Source of the DNA: Guillardia theta CCMP2712
Taxonomy: Eukaryota; Protista; Cryptophyta
Direction: 5' to 3'
DNA length: 64,000 nucleotides
NCBI RefSeq assembly: GCF_000315625.1
Contig: NW_005434498.1
Coordinates: forward strand, 1 to 64,000
In this document: positions 56,001 through 64,000 of the stretch, piece after piece
Numbering within the stretch: the stretch's first letter is position 1
Layout of the letters: each line of letters opens with the position of its first letter
Notes under the pieces: generated by a model
Databases searched by the model: none
What the model saw: only the letters and a program-made list of their open reading frames with translations
What the model was told of the DNA's origin: nothing
Position numbers and translations under genes: made by a program

Positions 56001-59000
56001 TCTCAGCCTCAATTCTAACAATATCAATGGAATTCCAGGGAAGATTGGCATGCTTACCGATTTGACTTATCTCTCAGTCCACTCCAACCAAGTAGCGATG
56101 TTGCCCCCAGAGCTGGGGCTTCTCACGAATCTAACTGAATTGTACCTACATGATAATTCCTTGACTCACTTTCCCGAGGAAGTAGGGACGATGTATTCTT
56201 TGAAAACAATTACTCTGAACAATAATAAGCTCAAGGAAATCAGCGCAGGTTTCATGAGAGTCACCTCTTTGACATCCATGCAATTAGCGGACAACAAAAT
56301 TCAAATTGTGCCTACCTGGATGTGGAAAGTCAGCAAATTGTCAAGCCTAAATTTGGACGGAAATCCTTTGTCATCTCCGCCAGAGAGGATACTTGAGAGA
56401 GGAACGAAGGCTGTCTTGGCTTACCTTCAGCTTGTCGATAGATCAAGAGTTAGTGGAAAGCTTTCCCTTGAGTCTCTTGCATTGGATGTTTTACCGAATG
56501 AATTGACTTCTCTTCAGGAGTTGTCGCTGCTGTCGCTGAATGTTAATGACATTGTGAGGCTCAAACCGGAAGTTCTCAAGACTTTGACATCATTGAAACA
56601 ACTCGAAATATCTCGGAATAAATTGATGGAGATTCCGTCTGTCATTGGGAAGCTTATCAACTTATCCAGTCTTGACTTGAGCTCAAATTACCTCAAATCT
56701 TTGCCCGTTACAATCGGAAATCTGAAATCACTTGTGTATCTGAATGTTCGTGACAACCATCTCGATATGTTACCGCCTCACATCGGCGATCTCAACTTGC
56801 TTCGAGAACTCATTTTGGATGAGAACCCGTTGCTTGCTCCGCCGCCTGAGATTGTGAGTGGAGGAACCGATGCAATCCTGGAATATTTGAGGAGATTTTC
56901 GGAAGCTAACAAGACGGGAACTTTAAAACTTATCGGACTGAACCTCACCAGTCTCCCTCGAGAAATCCCCTTCTTGACAGGTGTGACTGAACTTATGCTT
57001 ACCAACAACTCTATCACGGAGCTGCCGTTAGAAATCGGATCTCTGACATGTTTGAAGCGATTGAGGTTGGATAAGAACAAGCTCCAAGCTGTCCCACACA
57101 CACTTGCCGATTGTATAGAGCTCGAAGAACTCATGTTAGGAGAGAATCAACTTACAGATTTGCCTGATGATTTTGAGAAACTTTCCAATTTGAATGTCTT
57201 AACTATGGGCCAGAATTTGATGAAGGTTATGCCTCCAGAAGTACAGCACATGAGCAATCTTACCAAGCTTTCTATCCGTGGAAATTTGATTACTTCTCTT
57301 CCAAGGTGGATAGGGACTCTGACTCGACTCTCAGTGCTCAATGTTGTCGGAAATCCTATCAATATGTTGCCCCCTGAACTAGGCTTGCTGAAAAATTTGT
57401 CTCAGTTTGAATATGATGAAAGCATTCAATATCCAAAACCAGAAATTACGAACCGTGGAACATCATACATCATGGAATACTTACGGAAGATACTGGAGGG
57501 TAAGAACACTGGAAAAGTTGACCTTAGTGACTTGGAACTGGAATCATTTCCTGCTGAAGTGAGTAGTATTGAGAATATCAAGGAACTTGACGCATCGAGG
57601 AATCGCATTGTTCAATTTTCAAATGAAGTGTCTCACTTGACAGGACTCGAAAAGTTGCATCTTCATCATAACGCTCTAGAAGGACTTCCTGATGCAGTCA
57701 AGGCGTTGAGAAGCCTCACTTACCTCGATCTTTCGCACAATAGGATAATTTCGCTCAATCCTAACATCGGTAAATTGTCCAAGCTCAAAGCTTTGAATAT
57801 TTCGCAAAATCTAATACAAACTCTACCCTTCGACTTGAAGAACAACACCGACTTAGAGCAGCTGATTGTGGATGAAAACCCTCTGATATCTCCTCCAAAG
57901 GAAATAGTCAAACAAGGGACTGCACGCATGTGTCGATATTTGAACAAGATGCATATGGGCGCTGTGTCCGGGAAGTTGGATCTGAGTCAAATGAACCTTC
58001 GTTCATTTCCAGAGGATTCAGAGAGACTTGCATCTGTGACTTCTCTTGACCTAAAAGGAAATCATCTTCGCGGAATTCCAGGTGTCATCGGAAACTTTAG
58101 TGGGCTGAAGGAGCTCAAAGTGGAGAACAACGAGTTGATATCAATCAGTCCCATGATTGGCAATATCGTTTCTCTTCTTGTCGTGATGCTAGACAATAAT
58201 TTGCTTAGTGAGCTTCCTGCTACCTTTGGCAGCTTAACTTTGCTTCAGAGGCTCTCTCTCATGGACAATCAACTTTCTGAGCTTCCGTCCTGTGTAAAGT
58301 CACTCACAAGGCTCCGGCGTTTGAATGTGGAAAACAACTCGATCCAGACGATTCCAGAATGGATAGGAGAGTTAAGACTGATGGAGGAGCTTTCCTTTTC
58401 AAAAAACAAGATAAGCAATTTTCCCTCCACCGTCGGTTCCTTGAAATACTTGACGGACTTGAGAGTAGCTCACAATCATATGACTCAGGTGCCAACTGAG
58501 CTTGGGCAAGCTCTCTCCTTGTTAAGGCTGAGGTTGTCTGGCAACATGTTCACGGATCTTCCCGATTCTATCACAGATTTGACTAACCTGACAGATCTCT
58601 CCGTTGCCGACAACAACCTTCAACGGTTACCCCCTGGCCTTGGAACGATGACACAGCTGCAAAACCTGATCATGGAAAACAACCCATCACTGTTTGCTTA
58701 CATTCCTCCAGACATTCTGAACAAGGGGGTGGAATCTACAAGAGGCTTTCTCCGAGCCTTGGCTTTAGCCAAAGAGACTTTGCAATTGACTTTGATGGAC
58801 CTACAAATATCGGTCCTATCTCCATCGATCACTGAGCTTACTGCAATTACGAGTCTTAGGCTGGACAGAAATTCAATTGTTGAGCTTCCTGATCATTTAT
58901 TTGGAATGACAAATTTGACAAGCCTGTCGCTCAAGACCAATAAGATTGACTACATTCCCGTTGGACTACTCAAGTTGACAAGCCTTACTTACCTGAATTT

Positions 59001-62000
59001 CGATGAGAACCCGTTCAAGTCATTCCCTATTGAGATTATCCGCGAAGGGAAGGACTTGCTTTACGAGTATCTTGCCAGGGTGGAGACCTCTTACAGAACA
59101 GATCACTTGGATTTGAGCAATCTTGGCTTGAACGCGATGCCACAAGAAGTGCCGAAGTTGTCAGGTCTTACTGGTCTATCGTTGGCTAACAATCGTATCA
59201 CGTCTGTGCAAGATATTCAAAAACTGAAACATCTAGTCTCATTGGATTTGAGCCACAATCAGATTTCAAGTCTTATTGCTGACTTTGGTACTTTGACCGA
59301 AATGAGGAAGTTGAATTTGGAAAGCAACAAATTGACCTTTCTGCCTCTTAGCATGGCGAATATGGTGAACCTGCAGGCTCTTGACTTGGACGACAATCCC
59401 TTTGAGTCACCGCCAAGTGAGATAATCGCAAAAGGCAAAGATGCTGTCATCGATTACCTTCGAAGTTTGTCCTTCGGGGCCCATTCTGACAGTGTCGACC
59501 TTCGAAATCAAGGTCTTGAGAAGATCCCAGCATATGTATTGCAGTTTCACACGTTACAGACACTCTTGTTGGATCAAAATAGTCTATCTGCTTTACCAAG
59601 CGATATCAATGTACTAGCTAACTTGAAAACTCTAACATTTACAGACAACAAGATTAGAGAGCTTCCAGATGCTATAGGACTGCTGGAAAACTTGACAGAG
59701 CTCAGATGCGACAAGAATTCGCTTGAAGTGATCCCACAGACCATAGGCAATCTAGCCCGTCTCGAATGCTTCTCACTGAGATCAAACAAGCTTAGGGTGC
59801 TCCCGCCTGAAGTGGGAGGATTGATCCGTTTGAGTGAATTTGACATCCGCGACAATGAAGAGTTGCACCTTTTTCCCATCGAACTAGGAAAGATAACCAC
59901 CTTCAAGATCTTCTGGTTCGACGCCGATTCCATCACCTTCCCGCAAAAGGAAATCATTTCTGAGGGCCCTAAGTACACTATGAAGTTCCTTCGTCTGTTG
60001 TATGATGCAACAAAGTCTGGGAATCTAGACTTGTCAAGTCCGGATTACAGCCTGAAGGTGATTGAATTTCAACTTGTATCTCTTTTCTTGACTTTTCTGT
60101 TTCCAGGCTCTGGAAATTCCGGAAGAAAGATTTTCGAGTCTTACACTCCTAAATCTGTCAAAGAATTTTTTCCCTGCTATTCCAGAGTTCATCTATAATT
60201 TCACAGAAATTCGAGAACTTTCAGTGGAAGAAAACAAGATAGATGCTATTTCCAATGAGATAATCCAACTGATCCATCTTAGAGTGCTGGACCTGAGAGA
60301 AAATAATCTTGCAGTCCTGCCGAATCAAATAGGACGTTTGACGGAACTGCGTCGATTGCTCTTGGATCGAAATGAGTTGACTATCTTACCAGAGAGTATA
60401 GGAGATCTCGTGAATCTTCAAGATCTGTATGTCAGCGAGAATCACTTAGGAGCTATTCCTTCATCCATTGGCAATCTATCCAACCTGCAAGATTTGCGTC
60501 TTCAGTACAACGATTTGCATACGCTCGTTCCAAGCATCGCAGGGCTTGTTTCCGTTACTCAGATGAATGTTTCTTTCAACAAATTGATGGAAATTCCAGA
60601 TTCTTTAGGTTTCATGACCTCGCTCAAACAGCTGCAACTGGATTCAAACGTATTGAGGTCATTACCTTCGTCGGTAGGAATGTTGTCAAACTTGGCACAT
60701 GTCTCTCTCGTGGGTAACGATGTCACCGAGCTGCCCCCTGACATGGGTGATCTCATCAGTTTGAGATCCATCAGGTGCGATGTCGAGAGATTTACTTCGC
60801 CCCCACCAGAGGTATTTGCCCAGGGTGCAGATGTTTTGATCGAATATCTGGGAAGGATGAGAGTTGCTAGAGAGACAAATAGGCTGACTTTGAATGATTT
60901 TGGTCTGCAAACTTTGCCTTCTGCTATCTTTCAGATGCCTTCTCTTCAATCTCTGATTCTCGACGGTAACAACATTAAATCGTTTCCGCTCGCTTTCACA
61001 AAACTCGAGAGCCTCACTGAGCTTTCTCTGACCGGGAATCCTATGATCGCGCTACCTCCGGAAATAGGAACAATCAAAGTACTACAGGAATTGAGATACG
61101 ACAATTCTCTTATCAAAAATCCTCCACAAGAGATTTTGGATCGAGGGTTGCATGTGATTGTGAGCTTTCTTCGGCGACTTTTTGATGCAAGGTACACAGG
61201 CGTCGTTGACCTGCATGGCATGGCGTTAGAAAATTTGGTGGCAGCTGAAGTTTGGACTACCCAAATCGTGACAACAAATATAACGAAGCTTAACTTCAAA
61301 GGAAACAATTTGACTTCTTGGCCGACCTTCATGTGTGATCGGATTTCAAACAATGTTTCAAAATTATCTTTGGCTGGAAACTCTCTCGTTTCACTCCCTC
61401 TTACATTTGGAAACCTTCAAGGACTGACGAAGTGCAATTTAAGCTCAAACAGACTTAAATCTCTGCCAGCTTCATTTGCAGATTTGACAAAACTGCACAA
61501 ATTGAAACTCAACAACAATGAGTTCAATATGATTCCGGCTCCTGTATTCCAACTACACAGTTTGCTCCATCTCGAAGGTTTCGGGAACGAATTAACGGCG
61601 TTGCCTTCCCTAATTGGAAATCTTAGCAAATTGGTACATCTCAATCTCTCAAACAATCAATTGAGAACTTTGGCTCCAGAAATTGGATTTCTTACAAATA
61701 CAACAGAATTGCTACTTGCCCACAACGATCTTGACATGCTACCAGACGAGATTGGGGGCATGCATGCACTTACTGCTGTGCAGCTGGCCCACAACCGATT
61801 GGAAAGTTTACCAGCAGAAATAGGATTTTGGTCAGCACTAACGGAACTAAATCTCGCTACGAATCGATTGACGGCATTGCCTGTAGAACTGGGACTCCTA
61901 ACACTCCTATCAAGACTTGACATTGAAAACAATGAGATCACTGTTCCTCCGGTTGAGGTTGTTGCCCGCGGTCCAGCCGATGTTGTTGATTTCATGAGGA

Positions 62001-64000
62001 GAATCTGCGACTCTCGACATACTGGAGTGCTGAACTTGAGTGGTCGAGGTCTACGGTTTGTAAACCCTGAGATCTTCAATATACAAGGGTTGAGAATTTT
62101 GAATCTAAGTGACAATCTTATTTTGAATATGCCTGACGCCTTTCAAGAGATGACAGTACTTAGTGAATTGATCCTGGCAAACAACCAGCTCTCTACTTTA
62201 CCGCCTTCGATATCCTCATGTCTGAAGTTAGAGAGATTGGATATCAGTGGCAATAGAATGATCTCTCTGCCCGCCGAGATCGGTTCTTTGAACCAACTGA
62301 GTCGATTTGAATATCAACAAGGCGTTGAGTTGATCTCACCCCCTGATACCATCCTCAAACAAGGTACGCAATCAATCCTCGAATTCTTGGCTTCGATACA
62401 TTTCGCACACAGAACTCAAAGATTGGATCTTTCTAAGATGGGACTAACTCAAATTCCGCCAGAAGTTCTTCATTTATCTGGACTTAGACGACTGGCTCTT
62501 GATAACAATTTGTTGAACTCTCTGCCTGCAGAGATTGGGCTGATGACAAGTCTGGAGGAGCTGACTCTATTCTCGAATGGGCTCGCCGAGCTGCCGCCCG
62601 AGATTAGCAAACTGACGAATCTTACAGAGTTGGATATCAGGAAAAACGAGATCAGAGTCGTTCCTGTGGCAGTTGGAAATTTATCGAATCTTACGATTCT
62701 TTCTATTGACAACGAACGTATTACGTCTCCTCCCAAAGAGATCGTAGCAGCTGGAACGACTATCATGGTGGACTACTTGAGGAGAATCTTTGAATCAAAG
62801 GTCTCCGGAGTTCTAGATCTCAGCAACCTGAGTATCTGGTCGTTGCCTGAAGAAGTTATTGAATTGCGAAATTTGCTTGAGATGAGCATTGCTGACAATC
62901 AGATTGTGCACCTTCCAGCATCCATTGGAATGCTGTCTTCGCTTGCTACTCTTTGGGTCGATCACAACCAAATCTCTGAACTTCCTCCCTCCATCGGCCA
63001 GCTCAATAATGTGCAATCCCTTGCTCTCGACTTTAACCAGTTGAATTCTCTTCCTAATCAGTTCGGCGACATGACAGCCCTTGTCACTCTGACAATTTCT
63101 CACAATTTATTGAAGTACTTGCCTACAAGTATTGGAAATCTGCCGAATCTTCGCATTCTAGATTTGAATCACAACATGCTGAGGTCTCTTCCTCAGACTG
63201 TTGGCTTTTTGAGGCTTATGTCTGAACTCAAGTGCAACGCAAACCAGTTGACAACAGTTCCAACAACCATTGGTGAATGTACAGCATTGAGGCAACTTGA
63301 TCTGTCCTTCAATGCCATATCTGCCCTGCCATTAGAGATTGGTCGGCTGACAAAGATGAAACAACTGCTTCTGAACAACAATCGATTGGACTCCATCCCT
63401 GCTTCCATTGGCACCATGACCTTGTTGCAAGAGCTCAATTTGTTCGAAAATCCTCTCAAGGGTCTTCCAACAGAGTTGGGTAATATTCAAAAGCTCAAAA
63501 CGTTGGTTGTCGACGTGTCAGCAGTCAATACAATTCCGGGAACTACTCACAAACAATCTTCACAAGCAGAGGGAAATAAAATCATCGATGGTGGCATGAT
63601 TTCGAAGCAAAGCGAAGCCGACGGAGCAAGCATCATGGAAAGCTTACAGCGAATGTTCCATGCCAAGAAATCAGGTATTCTCTTTCAACATTTGTTTTCA
63701 AGTATTTGACAACTTTGCGCAGGTTTTCTTGATCTCAGCAACATGGGGCTGTCACGGATCCCCACAGAGATCCATACCATGACTTCATTGACACAGTTGG
63801 CATTAGATCACAATTCTTTGACTGAGTTATCTGAAGCTATTGCTGGGCTGCAAGCGCTCTTGAGATTGTCAATTGCTCATAATCATCTAACAAAGCTGCA
63901 CCCGGCCTTCGTTGAATTGACTATGTTAAAAGAATTGACCTTGAGCTACAACGAATTCGCGATTTTTCCTCCTGAGGTGGTGGAGCTGACAGGCTTGAAA
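50080..64000 (+). CDS. Giant leucine-rich-repeat protein (>4,500 aa, continues beyond the window), ~25 capped LRR modules
   Basis: ORFs 50250-51176, 51241-60198 and 60224-63709 are joined by short GT-AG introns (~51145-51196, ~60058-60107, ~63675-63723). LxxLxLxxNxLxxLPxxIG repeats run throughout. Confidence 0.93.

Overview
This is a eukaryotic, probably subtelomeric, window. It has TTTAGGG-type telomeric repeats and short (~40-60 nt) GT-AG introns, which would fit a cryptophyte alga such as Guillardia theta; the organism is an inference only. The first ~20 kb is an array of non-LTR retrotransposons embedded in (TTTAGGG)n tracts. At least 3-4 diverged families are present. Each has a family-specific 19-20 bp tandem repeat at its 5' end joined to TTTAGG|, a novel ~710-aa ORF1 where one is visible, and a (TAA)n tail where the 3' end survives. 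One copy looks intact (10050-20380). Its 2501-aa ORF2 combines a Ulp1/C48-like protease, an APE endonuclease, RT, a degenerate RNase H, a CCHC finger and a restriction-like endonuclease (Dualen/RandI-like, dual endonuclease). The rest of the window holds two decayed Fanzor (eukaryotic TnpB) loci with structured right ends, a Crinkler/RHS-type NTPase+REase gene, a GILT thiol reductase, a SEN1/senataxin helicase, an ArsS-like radical SAM gene, hypothetical genes and local duplications. It ends in a giant (>4,500 aa, open-ended) LRR gene built from ~25 individually capped LRR modules. All calls come from reading motifs by eye; no searches were run.
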